DNA of 61,252 nt from Nemertoderma westbladi. Taxonomy: Eukaryota; Animalia; Xenacoelomorpha. Below are positions 39,706-52,040 of this stretch, in pieces. How positions within the stretch are numbered: position 1 is the stretch's first letter; each line of letters begins with the position of its first letter. The notes under the pieces were generated by a model. The model made no database searches, was not told where the DNA came from, and saw only the letters and a program-made list of their open reading frames with translations. The stretch is from assembly GCA_032718475.1 (NCBI GenBank), contig JAUCBJ010007574.1, positions 1-61,252 on the forward strand, written 5' to 3'. Both the position numbers and the translations under genes were made by a program.

Positions 39706-40190
39706 GTATGTAAATAGTTATATCCAATAAATAATCTAGAAGTTATTAGCTATTATATAGCTATTAGATAGTATTACGCTAAACTACTAATTAAAAAGTG
39801 AACATTTAAAAGAAACCCACATCTTTTACAAAATAAAGTATTTTTTGTATAGTTATTAATAACGATTTCCCGTTAGTCACAAATCATCATCACTAACCTA
39901 ATTTCCATAAACACCGCTCAATAATATATGAAGCTAATGTACAATATCCTTCAGTCACCTTGGTTATACCTTTTGGAATATTTGTTTCTAAAAACTTCAA
40001 ATAATATATGATTTCTAAAATATGGAATGTCATTCATGATAAATTTAATAAATTTAGCACCCATTCCATAAAGTACATTATATACTTACTTATACAAGTT
40101 AATATATTAATATTATTATTTATTATGCAGATTGTATTCTATGTGGGAGAAGAAGATTACCGGTACAAACACAATTATAATAACAGAAAC

Positions 40191-41176
40191 TTATATATGT
40201 TACCGGTATTTATGTTACTGGGTATATATGTTAATAATGTATATGTTACTAATATATATGTTACTGGTATATATGTTACCGGTATTTATGTTACTGGGTA
40301 TATATGTTACTGGGTATATATGTTACTGGGTATTTATGTTACTGGGTATTTATGTTACCGGTATTTATGTTACTGGGTATATATGTTACTGGGTATATAT
40401 GTTACTGGTATATATGTTACTAATATATATGTTACTGGTATATATGTTACTAATATATATGTTACTGGTATATATGTTACTAATATATATGTTACTGGTA
40501 TATATGTTACTAATATATATGTTACTGGTATATATGTTACTGGGTATATATGTTACTGGGTATATATGTTAATAATATATATGTTACTGGTATATATGTT
40601 ACCGGTATTTATGTTACTGGGTATATATGTTAATAATGTATATGTTACTAATATATATGTTACCGGTATTTATGTTACTGGGTATATATGTTAATAATGT
40701 ATATGTTACTAATATATATGTTACTGGTATATATGTTACTGGGTATATATGTTAATAATGTATATGTTACTAATATATATGTTACCGGTATTTATGTTAC
40801 TGGGTATATATGTTACTGGGTATATATGTTAATAATATATATGTTACTGGTATATATGTTACCGGTATTTATGTTACTGGGTATATATGTTAATAATGTA
40901 TATGTTACTAATATATATGTTACTGGTATATATGTTACTGGGTATATATGTTAATAATGTATATGTTACTAATATATATGTTACTGGTATATATGTTACT
41001 GGGTATATATGTTAATAATGTATATGTTACTAATATATATGTTACTGGTATATATGTTACTGGTATATATGTTACTGGTATATATGTTACTGGTATATAT
41101 GTTACTAATGTATATGTTACTAATATAAATGTTACTGGTATATATGTTACCGGTATTTATGTTACCGGTATATATG
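40191..41176. repeat. 15-16-bp AT-rich minisatellite with higher-order structure
   Basis: Units TATATATGTTACTGG(G), TATATATGTTACTAA and TATTTATGTTACCGG. Confidence 0.95.
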
Positions 41177-43242
41177 TCACTCACTGGTTTACTGTATATG
41201 GTTATATGATATTGGTTATATGTTATTGGTTAATAAGCGATTATTGGAGCTGGTTAATATTTTACAATAATTTTATATTTCAAATTGAAACATCTTGTCT
41301 AGATTGACTTAACTTTATGTTAAACAAATTTCGACCACACCAACGCCAACCACACCTCATATATTTTCAAAAGATAATGTATTTATATAATTTCCACAAA
41401 AAACAATTATATTTAGTTTACTAATCCAACTAATCCAATACCGAATAACGTAAAGTTGGTATGAAGGGCTGTTTTTTTGCTGAAAATCATTATGAATTAT
41501 TATCTAAAATTGGCGCATTCAACTGTTAGTTATAGACCTTTATTTTGGTAATCTTGATTCTAAGACACTCAGACTGCACTATTGGATGGGTATTTTGATA
41601 ATATCATTGCCAATTTTTGGTTAAATTTAAAACGGTTTTCCGATTCGGAATCTACAGACGAAAGCGGTTCTAATGATATCTAGATTACATTTCAAAGACG
41701 TAAAATAAAGTCTACGGAGGTGGTTAAACATTGCTAAATATACATTTTTAAGGACTTGTTGTATAGAAATACAGTACGTAACTGAGAAATATAAAAATCC
41801 GCCCAGGCCACCAGTAAGAAAAGGTGTCGATCTATCATCATACCAAATTTCCTAGCATTTTATTTAAATTTGAAACAAATTAGGGGGCGGGGGTGGGGGG
41901 GGGGGGGGGGGGGCTCCGAACATGGTTGTTGTATTAAGGGAGATGGTGTAGTCTTATACTGTATCAGGTCGTCATTTATATTGATCATAATATCATTCTT
42001 ATTTACGTTTTGAATCATTCAAGATTGAACACTCTCTTACCACTAAACAAATTGAAATCGATTACATTGAATTTCGATTATTCATAATTATTATTAAACA
42101 TTTTCACGATACCACCGATTAGAATAGGGTTAGTGCGCGATATCTGTAGCAGCCAATCATCACGGCCGATTTTCAAAATTGGCTTACTTAAACCCGCCAT
42201 TTCGACCGTTTCCTTGAGTTTTTTTTACAAAAAACATACCCGACACCCGATTCAGGGCACCTTGTAACTAACTAGTTTCTAGCCACCATTTTTTGCACAC
42301 ATACCCTATTATTAATACAGTAGTTAGGCCTCTATTATTAATACAGTAGTTAGGCCTATTATATTATGAAAATAATTAAATAAAGTTAAATTTAGACCAT
42401 TAATTAATTATTAATATTGATTCAGTAAATTATTGATCCTAACAATTAAATTAAGTATTAATTAAATTAGCAACGACACAGCAGCAAAATACTAACGTGT
42501 GGGAAATATAGGCCTACATAGGCCGCTAAACGTAAACGAAAATGCAAAATGTGCACAGTAAGTAAGTAGTGTGCTCGATGCCCTGTGGTTTCATACTGAC
42601 AATTAATTGTTAGATATTAATTACATTATGTTTATTTAATTAATATGATATATTATATATCAGGTCATTTAATTAGCACAACATTCATATTTGCGTTTAG
42701 AATTCAATTATACAAGATTGACACCAAACAAATTGAAATAGTAATTTTGGTTTATTTAATTTATTTTTAAAATTTGACTGGTCAGGAGGATGGAAATGAT
42801 TATAAATCTCCACCCACCCGCCGAAGTCACTAAAATTTTATTTAAATTTTTGAAAACTACTGAAAGTAAATATCTAAAATAATAAACTCAGAGTAATTAA
42901 ATGAAATTCTAAACTAGAATTTCAGGAATTCGCTGAAATAAAATTGGTGTGATTTCATTAACTCATTAATTACACGGACTTTGTCTGAGACAGATAGGTC
43001 GTCCGTTATATTGGACCTGTCAATCATATTCAATATCGATACACTGTTATCCTACTTGTGTGTTATCTTCATGTTGATCCATTATGCTTGTGTTAGTATT
43101 ACCTACCATTGTCCTACAGATATATGCATGCAGTCCTATTACATACAATACACTACAGTAAGTAGGTCTGGTGCAGTTCATGCGGTATCATAACATAACG
43201 CAGTTTATTATTATCCGTTTTCATGAAACAACTAATAGTTAT

Positions 43243-43460
43243 TATGGTGGGCCTGAGCGGTCAGTTTTGTAATCTTTTCTTTTGTTTCCCCTACTTCGGC
43301 AAACTCGTTCGAACGACTTTACAAAACTCAGGAAAACAAAAGTTTGTTATTTGTAATCTTATTTTATTTACCCGAGTTTTGTAAAGTCGTTCGAACGAGT
43401 TTGCAAAAGTAGGGGAAACAAAAGAAGATATTACAAAACTGGCCACTCTGAACCACTATA
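43243..43460. mobile_element. Hairpin MITE
   Basis: TTTGTTTCCCCTACTT..CAAACTCGTTCGAACGACTTTACAAAACTC vs GAGTTTTGTAAAGTCGTTCGAACGAGTTTG..AAGTAGGGGAAACAAA. Confidence 0.85.
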
Positions 43461-44310
43461 GTTTTGTGTAATTGTAAATATTTCATTGTTATACGGTATT
43501 GTTTTTTATCGCCTATTGTATATGATAGACAACGGAATGTTCTTTCGCGTATCTATATTATATTGGTGAGTTCTAGATGGGTTTACTAGCTATAGTATTC
43601 TGGTTCATAGTGCACTGGGTGAATTAGTTTATTATTTTCTAGGCCACAACTCAAGATAAAATTACCGACATTATTCATGAACCTATTTATTTATGAGCTT
43701 TTCATAAGCCTGTTGACTTGTTGTCTGTTTTTGGAGTATACAGTATGTACAGTATAAACCTTATCACTGAATGATATAATGATTTTGTAGCCATTTTATT
43801 CTTGAGTTATCGCACTTCCCGTGAACTTTCTAATACTACTAGTACCGCAACCCTAACGGAACTGTTTGTATAAAAGTCTGTAGGTTTAATTATTTTCAGA
43901 TATCAATTATTATAAGTATCGATCGACCACTGCACTTGAGGGACAGAGCGACCTACTGTAGTTGTGTTATTACTTTCCCATTGGGTCGCGCACTATTACA
44001 CACTATTTTGCCACACTACTATATCATTCTGTCTCTATTTGTATGAAGTATAACTAAAATTCTGGAATTGTAGTGTTGTCCAGTTTCAGTTTACAGCTAC
44101 CAATATCTAGCGTCTGTCGTTTCGTATCGAGATAAATATCTTTTACATATCGTAAGTGCTCCCACAAAGACTGTGGGTAAGGGAGGCAACCATACTTTAT
44201 AACCAGATCTATTCAATTTGTCGTACAAATTTGTGTTTAGCTACCGAACTTTAACCATTGATATATTGCTAATTTGTTAGTCAATGAATTAATGCCGTGG
44301 CACGGCAATA

Positions 44311-44540
44311 AATAGTGCAGAATAGGATAAAAGTACCTACAGGTTATATTTAATATAACTGCCAAGAAAAACATGGTTGAAAAAATAGAAATTCAATTAA
44401 TTCAAACAATTGAGTTATACTAGGCCTACTGTAATCTGGATACCATATGTTTCTATTCTTGGCAGAGTTATGTTAAATTTTACCTGTAGGTGCTTACCGG
44501 ACCGGTAGGCCTACTGCTTATATCCTATTCTGTACTATTG
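44311..44540. mobile_element. Degenerate hairpin MITE
   Basis: AATAGTGCAGAATAGGATA...ACCTACAGGT...CTGCCAAGA vs TCTTGGCAG...ACCTGTAGGT...TATCCTATTCTGTACTATT. Confidence 0.7.
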
Positions 44541-45320
44541 CCTAACTGTATTCAGTAGGTCATCCTGATCGCGAATAATATTTTTGAAACGCGTTGTGTT
44601 TTAGTCGGTTTAAGGTTTTATTATCTATTAATTATTGTTGGTACTACAAAAATAATACTTAATAATCCGCAAAAGTATAGTAAATACTTTTTCGTATCGA
44701 CTATATACTGTATTTCACTCCAGTATTAATTTATCACCAGACAGTAATTCCAATACTAATTTGGACAAGGGAGGGCACAGAAATCAACATTATTCTTGAA
44801 TTTTGTAAACTACACAGACATTGCATTAATATTTTTGCGGTCAATTATATTCCAGAAAATTTTCTGACGTTAATCAAGTGACTAACTATAATTTTTTTTA
44901 AAGAAACAGCGATCTACCTGTATTATAAAGACGATCTAGAATATTTTATTATCTATGAAAAATAAATAAAATAAGTCCGTCTATATGGCCCCCTAACACG
45001 GAGCAACTTGTTTCTGTAACTTGTTGCTGGACTCCTCACACGTGGGAATCTTGTTGCTGCTAACTTGTTTCCGAAACTTGTTTTTGCAACTTTGTAGCTG
45101 GCCGGAGTGTAACTTGAACGAAGAGGTGGACAGTTGAACAGTCGTCTGAAGCTAGAGAGCTCCTTTCGCGGTGCGCAAGCACCGCCAGCTAGTTAATAGA
45201 TGGCCTTCCGTTAGCTGTTGAACTCGGCCTAATAATTTGCGATTTGATGTTGTGGTTGTAGTTTGGTAGGTAGTGGAGTGAGACCCGATCTCCACAGAGC
45301 AGACAAGCACAGTAGTAGGG

Positions 45321-45627
45321 TCTTGGTCCTCTCTGCGACAGTTAGACCACACTGACACCCATTGGGTGTCATATGACACCCAATTATCACCCTATGGGTG
45401 TCATTGGGTGTCATTGGCGCCAGACTGTCTGGGTGACACCTCCCAATTAGGCTAATTAGACCCTAATTGACAGGTGTCATCAATTAATTAGTACAATTAA
45501 ACCCTAACAGGTGTCATATGACTCCTAATTAGGGTTTAATTGATTATCCTAATTAATCAGACTGATTAGCGCCCTGACACACAATGGGTCATCAGTGTTG
45601 TCTAACTGTCGCAGAGAGGAGCAAGAG
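45321..45627. mobile_element. MITE with TIRs
   Basis: TCTTGGTCCTCTCTGCGACAGTTAGAC...GTCTAACTGTCGCAGAGAGGAGCAAGA; internal GGGTGTCA/TGACACCC sub-repeats. Confidence 0.8.
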
Positions 45628-46394
45628 GGTGTCATAAGTGACACCGCAGCTCTTTTATTTATTAATACTTATTTATTTGTACCTAATTTTAATTAATTAT
45701 TTGTATTCTATTTTACTTTATTTATTCATTTGTACTTTATTTTAAATTAATTAATTATTTGTATTCTATTTTACTTTATTTATTCATTTGTACTTTATTT
45801 TAAATTAATTAATTGTATTACTTTTACTTTATACATTGATTTCTATTTTTAGATTAAGTAGTTTTTATATTACCAATGAGATCACTATGACATAATGTCT
45901 ATATTTATCTTTATAATGGCTATGGTATACGGCTCCCTACTGGCAACTATCAACTACGTTCATCGGCGGGGGACCCTCCTCGCCGTCGCTATTCATTAAC
46001 TAGATACAACAGGCAGTGAATCTATACGTATACCCCCCAGGCAAATATAAATCAGCGATCCCGGCTGTTAGCAGCCCCCCTCGATGACTCACTAATAATC
46101 CCAATGCGGCCTTGACTATACCAAATCGTATATCGCCCAAGGCTAATGCTCTAGCGGCCCTCCTTTGTTCTCACTATGGCATCACTTGGGTCCTTTACTA
46201 TATCCAGGCAGCCCATATCATAACAATGAAGCGTCTCTAAACACGCAATCCTCTCTACTAATCCCATTCCTATGCACCAGACCTGCTTCTGTTATACAGT
46301 CAACTCAACATAATTAGTCAAGATGCCTACAGGAGTTTTCTAATAGATTCATCAACACGAGAAGTTGCCCTGGTTACCGCTTATGCATGAACAT

Positions 46395-46516
46395 CCAATC
46401 AGCGGGCTTCATTTCTACTGCTGCGTTCTGATTGGCTCATTTAAGAGACAAGGGCCTCCCTTAATAACCGAATTGCTATTTAATACGTCCCCACCAATAT
46501 ATTAGGTCATCATTTC
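46395..46516 (+). promoter_or_regulatory. Putative Pol II promoter of the pPolB unit
   Basis: CCAAT (46395), inverted ATTGG (46431), TATTTAATA (46477) and an Inr-like TCATTTC (46510) at roughly canonical spacing. Confidence 0.4.
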
Positions 46517-46635
46517 AATTGCAAGTTACGATTAACATCATTTACCATTATTTTGTTTTCGAATTTAATATTATTTATTTAAGAATATTTATTTGTTATC
46601 GTCAGTCAACTATCCAGTTGTATAGTTGTATTATT

Positions 46636-47445
46636 GTCATTTCGCCGCGTTATCGCTCATCGTCGACAACAAACTTTCCGTGTATCCGTCGCGTAATATT
46701 CTTCCGATACCATTCCGTTCTATCGCTGTATCGGTAAATAAATTCTCTCGTCGTCCACGTCAACCAACTTCCTCATCGCCAACAAACTTCCAAACTTCTT
46801 CTTTCCGTGAATATTTACTAACACCGTAAGTAAAATCTGCCTTCCACCATCTGACGGTACTATCGATGCCGCTAGCAAACAATTTACATTTATTATCTAC
46901 CGGTACAACAGTATTGCAGTAAGCTCACTATTAATTACTATCAGACTGCGGTGATACCGATAGCCTAAACCGTGATCGAAGCACTCGATCAATAGGCCTA
47001 CATCTGTTTATCTGCTTACAGTATTTTTTATCTTTTTACAAATAATCAACTTATTTTTCTAGTGTAATTTCACCGCGTTAACGCTCATTGTCAACATCGA
47101 ACTTTCCGCTTAGCCGTCGCGTAATATTCCAATATTTCTAATTTCCGATACCATTCCGTTCTATCGGTTAATAAACTCTCTCGTCGTCCACGTCAACCAA
47201 CTTCCTCACGAGCTTCCAAACTTCATCTTTCCGTGAATATTTACTAACACCGTAAGTAAAATCTGCCTTCCACCATCTGACTGTACTATCGATGCCAGTA
47301 GCAAACAATTTACATTTATTATCTACCGGTACAACAGTATTGCAGTAGACTCATTATTAATTACTGTCAGACTGCGGTGGTACCGATAGCCTAAACCGTG
47401 ATCGAAGCACTCGATCAATAGGCCTACATCTGTCTATCTGCTTGT
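46636..47445 (+). repeat. Tandem duplication (period about 426 bp) of an exon-intron-like leader unit
   Basis: Two copies with donor-like CC|GTAAGT at 46826 and 47252; the acceptor block CAGTATTTTTTATCTTTTTACAAATAATCAAC.TATTTTTCTAG ends at 47062 and recurs ending at 47963. Confidence 0.85.
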
Positions 47446-47970
47446 CTACCCAACTACCGCTACCGGATCATTCGAGTAAGCCTACTGCTACTATAGTAGC
47501 GATATAGACCCTACTGAACAACAATGAATACTGCAGTTTTCACTATATAACATACTGACTAACTGAGTTCTCACACAGCGATTAGCTAGGCCTATTGTTG
47601 ATTTGTATTGGTTAACGCTACCGGTACGTCTGACTTCTAGCAGACTTTTCACTAGCACTATTGCACTGACTGACTGTTGACTGCTGTTTATAGACCCTCT
47701 TTCCACGAATAATAACTGCCATCGCTATTATGTCTTGGTTATCGCCACTATCTAACCGCTGGTACACTAACACTACCACACTAGACACTACCGACCGTCT
47801 GCTTTATGTTTCACTGACTGATTGTTACAATACAGCAATAGGCCTAACTGTACAAACACAGTATTGTTGCCTAGTAACCAATTAATATCTACTGTTTTAC
47901 TTTATTTTTAGCAAGTATACAGTATTTTTTATCTTTTTACAAATAATCAACGTATTTTTCTAGATTCAAG

Positions 47971-50900
47971 ATGCCTATGTCTAGCAATAAAGTTAGCTTC
48001 CCCATCTGCGACAAAGAGATGCGGAGCGATACTTTATCCCGCCATATTAAAATTCATTTCGCGCAATATCGATGCGACTGCTGTCCGACTTGGTCCTCGG
48101 AAAAGAAGACGCTGGTTGGCCATCTTGTTTCGTGTCCTCAGGGGGGAACAGGATTTAGTTACGTAAACGAGCCAGCCGATTGCCACTGCGGGGATTCGCT
48201 CACCCTATCTTCCTTCACTGAGCATGAATGCTACACTCGACTTTTTTCGCGGAAACGCAAAACTCCGACTACCTCCCACTCATCCCCCATCAACTCTACT
48301 CCAGAACAAGTCGGCGGCGGCGACTCCAATAACGAACCTTCAACTTCGCGAGATTCTATTTCCCCAAACAATCCATTTCAACCACCCTCTAACGGAAGCG
48401 CACACGGACGACTGTTTACCTATAACAACGACCTCGCAGAAACAAGACTCGACGCTGAATTAACATTAAACGAAAATTTTCCACACATTCAAGAACACGT
48501 TAGTAGCCATCTACAAAGTGCTTTGGGAACTTTTTTAAGAGTCTGGCTTACAATCAATATCGTAATGGAGCGTGAAACCAGCGAGGATTTTCAAATTGAA
48601 TCATTCTGTTTTAAATCTAGCGGTAACAATAATCAAATTCTAAGTAATAGCGACTTTAATAACTGGTTTTCTAGCGCCGTCAATCGTATCGATCAGCTGT
48701 TAAGCGTGTTTCTCTGCCTCGGCTCGGGTTGGCGCATAATAGCCATCGAGCGAATAACTATTGAGATTGCGCGGTCCCAACGCAACCCCTATTTAAAGGG
48801 TCAAGGCTTCAATAATTCTAAATTATTATTAAATAAAAAATGTTCCGTAAGCGTAGACTGCCCGCTGGGGGAATGCTTTAAATACGCAGTATTGGCCGCC
48901 GCAAATTATAAGAAAATTGATAGAAAAAATAATAATATTAGTAGAATTTCAACGTATACTCCTTTCCTAAACATGTTTGATTTTTCCAATTTAAGTTTCC
49001 CGGTGGACAGAGTAACTGGTATTCCCCAGTTTCTGAAAGCCAACCCTATATACTGTATAAACCTTCTTTATTGGAGTAATATGGAAGAACTCTCCATTCT
49101 AAGTCAACCAGATAGCGCGCACTGTTCCGGTAAAACTGTACTAAACTTATTATTTATCGAAGCCACAAGCAAAAACCCCGCCCACTACGTAGCTATTACT
49201 AACATAAATAGACTAATAAATTCAAAAGATTCTAACGGTAACAAGACGCACTGCGAACGATGTCTCAGAGGCTTTTACACTGACAAATCATTGGAAGAAC
49301 ATCGAGAGCGGTGCTATACGGGTAAACGCCAACTCGAGTATATGCCCGAAAATCTCTTGGTTAAATTTGACAGATACGATAAGACTCTATCCCCTCCTTT
49401 CTGTATATACGCCGACATTGAAACTATTCTAGAACCTACAAACAATATTAAACTCCCACAGAAACATATAGCTAGCGCGGCAGCCTTTTATACAGTACCA
49501 AATCAGAAATTCATTAACCCTCCTAAAACAGATGTTCAAATTTTCCGTGATGATGGCAGTAACCACGTAATGCGCGACTTTCTAACCGCTATGGAAAGTC
49601 ATTGTAGGGAGTTATACGATTGGTCCATTTCTAGCACAAACACGCACGCCCCCATGCAACTCATTACTAGCCAACAAACCGACTTTAATAACGCTACACA
49701 ATGCTACGTTTGCAACTGTAATTTAACCCCCGATTCTCATAATTTAAACCTCAATGACAATCTCAGCACCAAAGTCCGCGATCATGATCATTATAGCGGG
49801 GAGTATCGAGGGGCTGCTTGCGTCAGCTGCAACAGGAAACTTTCCCTAAAACGGAATAATTTTTATATTATATTTCATAACTTGAGGAAATTCGATATGC
49901 ATTTACTACTAAAAGAAGGAATGACCGATAGTTCTAGAACACACTGGAAAATGACTGTAATACCAAAAAACACTGAAACTTATATTCACCTTAAAGTTAG
50001 CTTTCCAATCGATCCGAGTACACCAACAGCCAACGCTAAAGAAAGTATCTCCATTAATTTTCTAGATTCCTATCAATTTATGACTGCCAGCCTAGATAAT
50101 CTTAGTAGTTATCTCACTAAAAAGAATAGTAACCTAGCAACAGCCATACCCCATACACTAGCTCAAATGACCCAACTCTATCCCAACATTAGCGATAACA
50201 CAATAAAAAACAAGGGCGTATTCCCATATTCCTACATTCAAAATATTTCAAACCTACACGAAACTACACTCCCCCCAATAGAAAGCTTCTATAATGATCT
50301 CAAATTGGATCAATGTAGCGCAGACAACTATCAGCGCGCGCTTACTACTTGGGATGAATTAAACTGCGCAACAATCTTCGACTATATGATTGGCTATTTG
50401 GTTCTAGACGTTACCCTATTGGCTGATACTTTCGAGCAGTTCCGATCCCTCCTCTGTCTTACTAATTATGGACTCGAGCCCGTAATGTACTTCACTGCCC
50501 CAGGATTAACTTACGACGCGGCGCTGAAATTTACGCAATCAGAAATTCAATTACTATCAGACGCTTCCATCTACTCGGACTTTGAAACAAATATTAGGGG
50601 TGGTCTAGTTTTCTTGAATACACATTCCGTAGACGCAAATATTCCCGATAAACCCGACTACGACTCCAGTCTCCCCAAGAAATATCTAATTCCCATCGAT
50701 GCGAATAACCTTTACGGCTGCGCCCTGAGCCAGAAACTTCCCTACGCTAATATTAAACTCGTAACTACCCCCATAGACCTAGCTACAGTAGACGCGAGTG
50801 GGGACACTGGTTATTATTGCATAGTTGATCTACATTACCCGAAAGAAATTCATGATTTGACCGCCGATCTGCCTCTAGGAGCGGAGAAGATGTCAGTCCC

Positions 50901-52026
50901 TAAATCCTTTCTTAGCGAATACATGGAAGATCTTTGGGAGCATTACAATCTCACCGATACGGCTACCTGTAGACCATACAACGATACCTGTACTAAGCTA
51001 CTACTACATCAGTTTAATAAGGTTGAATACGGTATCCATATTAAGCTACTTCAGCTCTATTTGAAGCTCGGTCTTAAACTTACACAAGTACATAGGGTCT
51101 ACTCTTTCTCACAAAAATATATTTTCAAGGACTACATTAGTTTTAATACGAATAAAAGACAGTCGGCAAATAACCCATTCGAGGTTCTATTTTATAAGTT
51201 GATGAACAATGCCTTGTATGGGAAATGCCTCCAAAAGGTTAGAGACCGCGTTTCGTTCAGGTTATGCAATAGCGACGAACAATGCGATTTGCTCTTAGCC
51301 AAGCCCAATCATGAATCGTTTGTTGTCTTTACCCCCAACTTGAGTGGTCATACTTTCACTAAAGAGGCTGTTTGCCTAAATCAGGGCGTGTTCATCGGTT
51401 GCACTATACTAGATCTATCTAAGCTACAGATGTACGACCTATTTTACAACAAACTGAAGCCTCTAGAACAAAAACTGGATTGTCAGATTCGCTGTCTAGC
51501 CGGTGACACGGATTCTCTAATGCTAAGCGTAACTAATGCACCACAGCTAACCTTTCTACGGGCAATGTTTGAGGGTGGTTTCCTAGATACTTCCAACTAC
51601 AGTACAACACATCCACTCTATACCATTAAACACAAAGCGGCTCTCGGCTTCGTAAAAGATGAGAGCTGCGGTCTGCAGTATAAACAGTGGGTTTTCCTTA
51701 AACCAAAGGTCTATAGTTTTCAATCCTATGATGCCCCAATCAAGAAAACCGCCAAAGGTGTATCTAGATCTGTTGTCGCTAAGCAACTAACACATGAGGA
51801 TTATGCAGACTGTTTTGAAAACGAGGCAATGCTCTTCCGCTATAACTCTACCTTCACTTCTAGAAAGCATCAAATTTTTACTGGTCATGTCTATAAGAAG
51901 GCACTAACGCTCTGGGATACGAAATCATATTGGAGTAGTAAATATAGCAGCAAACCATACGGGCACTATAGCACTAAGCTTGTTAGACCGGCGAAACGAG
52001 TAGTAATCCCCCCTACTAGGATTTAA
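47971..52026 (+). CDS. polB: Protein-primed DNA polymerase B (Polinton/adintovirus-type pPolB) with N-terminal Zn fingers and an embedded endonuclease-VII-like motif
   Basis: Uninterrupted 1351 aa; ExoI YADIE, ExoII FHNLRKFD, FLDSYQF, KGVFPY, ExoIII YLVLDV, IRGG, motif A DANNLYG, motif B KLMNNALYGK, motif C GDTDS, KVY, KGV; CYVC...RDHDHYSGEYRGAACVSCN. Confidence 0.95.
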   Translation: MPMSSNKVSFPICDKEMRSDTLSRHIKIHFAQYRCDCCPTWSSEKKTLVGHLVSCPQGGTGFSYVNEPADCHCGDSLTLSSFTEHECYTRLFSRKRKTPTTSHSSPINSTPEQVGGGDSNNEPSTSRDSISPNNPFQPPSNGSAHGRLFTYNNDLAETRLDAELTLNENFPHIQEHVSSHLQSALGTFLRVWLTINIVMERETSEDFQIESFCFKSSGNNNQILSNSDFNNWFSSAVNRIDQLLSVFLCLGSGWRIIAIERITIEIARSQRNPYLKGQGFNNSKLLLNKKCSVSVDCPLGECFKYAVLAAANYKKIDRKNNNISRISTYTPFLNMFDFSNLSFPVDRVTGIPQFLKANPIYCINLLYWSNMEELSILSQPDSAHCSGKTVLNLLFIEATSKNPAHYVAITNINRLINSKDSNGNKTHCERCLRGFYTDKSLEEHRERCYTGKRQLEYMPENLLVKFDRYDKTLSPPFCIYADIETILEPTNNIKLPQKHIASAAAFYTVPNQKFINPPKTDVQIFRDDGSNHVMRDFLTAMESHCRELYDWSISSTNTHAPMQLITSQQTDFNNATQCYVCNCNLTPDSHNLNLNDNLSTKVRDHDHYSGEYRGAACVSCNRKLSLKRNNFYIIFHNLRKFDMHLLLKEGMTDSSRTHWKMTVIPKNTETYIHLKVSFPIDPSTPTANAKESISINFLDSYQFMTASLDNLSSYLTKKNSNLATAIPHTLAQMTQLYPNISDNTIKNKGVFPYSYIQNISNLHETTLPPIESFYNDLKLDQCSADNYQRALTTWDELNCATIFDYMIGYLVLDVTLLADTFEQFRSLLCLTNYGLEPVMYFTAPGLTYDAALKFTQSEIQLLSDASIYSDFETNIRGGLVFLNTHSVDANIPDKPDYDSSLPKKYLIPIDANNLYGCALSQKLPYANIKLVTTPIDLATVDASGDTGYYCIVDLHYPKEIHDLTADLPLGAEKMSVPKSFLSEYMEDLWEHYNLTDTATCRPYNDTCTKLLLHQFNKVEYGIHIKLLQLYLKLGLKLTQVHRVYSFSQKYIFKDYISFNTNKRQSANNPFEVLFYKLMNNALYGKCLQKVRDRVSFRLCNSDEQCDLLLAKPNHESFVVFTPNLSGHTFTKEAVCLNQGVFIGCTILDLSKLQMYDLFYNKLKPLEQKLDCQIRCLAGDTDSLMLSVTNAPQLTFLRAMFEGGFLDTSNYSTTHPLYTIKHKAALGFVKDESCGLQYKQWVFLKPKVYSFQSYDAPIKKTAKGVSRSVVAKQLTHEDYADCFENEAMLFRYNSTFTSRKHQIFTGHVYKKALTLWDTKSYWSSKYSSKPYGHYSTKLVRPAKRVVIPPTRI

Positions 52027-52040
52027 ATTTATTTTTCTAG

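Noticed and set aside
40008-41307. ORFs with YVTGI/MLLVY repeats
   Set aside because: Translation of the 15-bp satellite.
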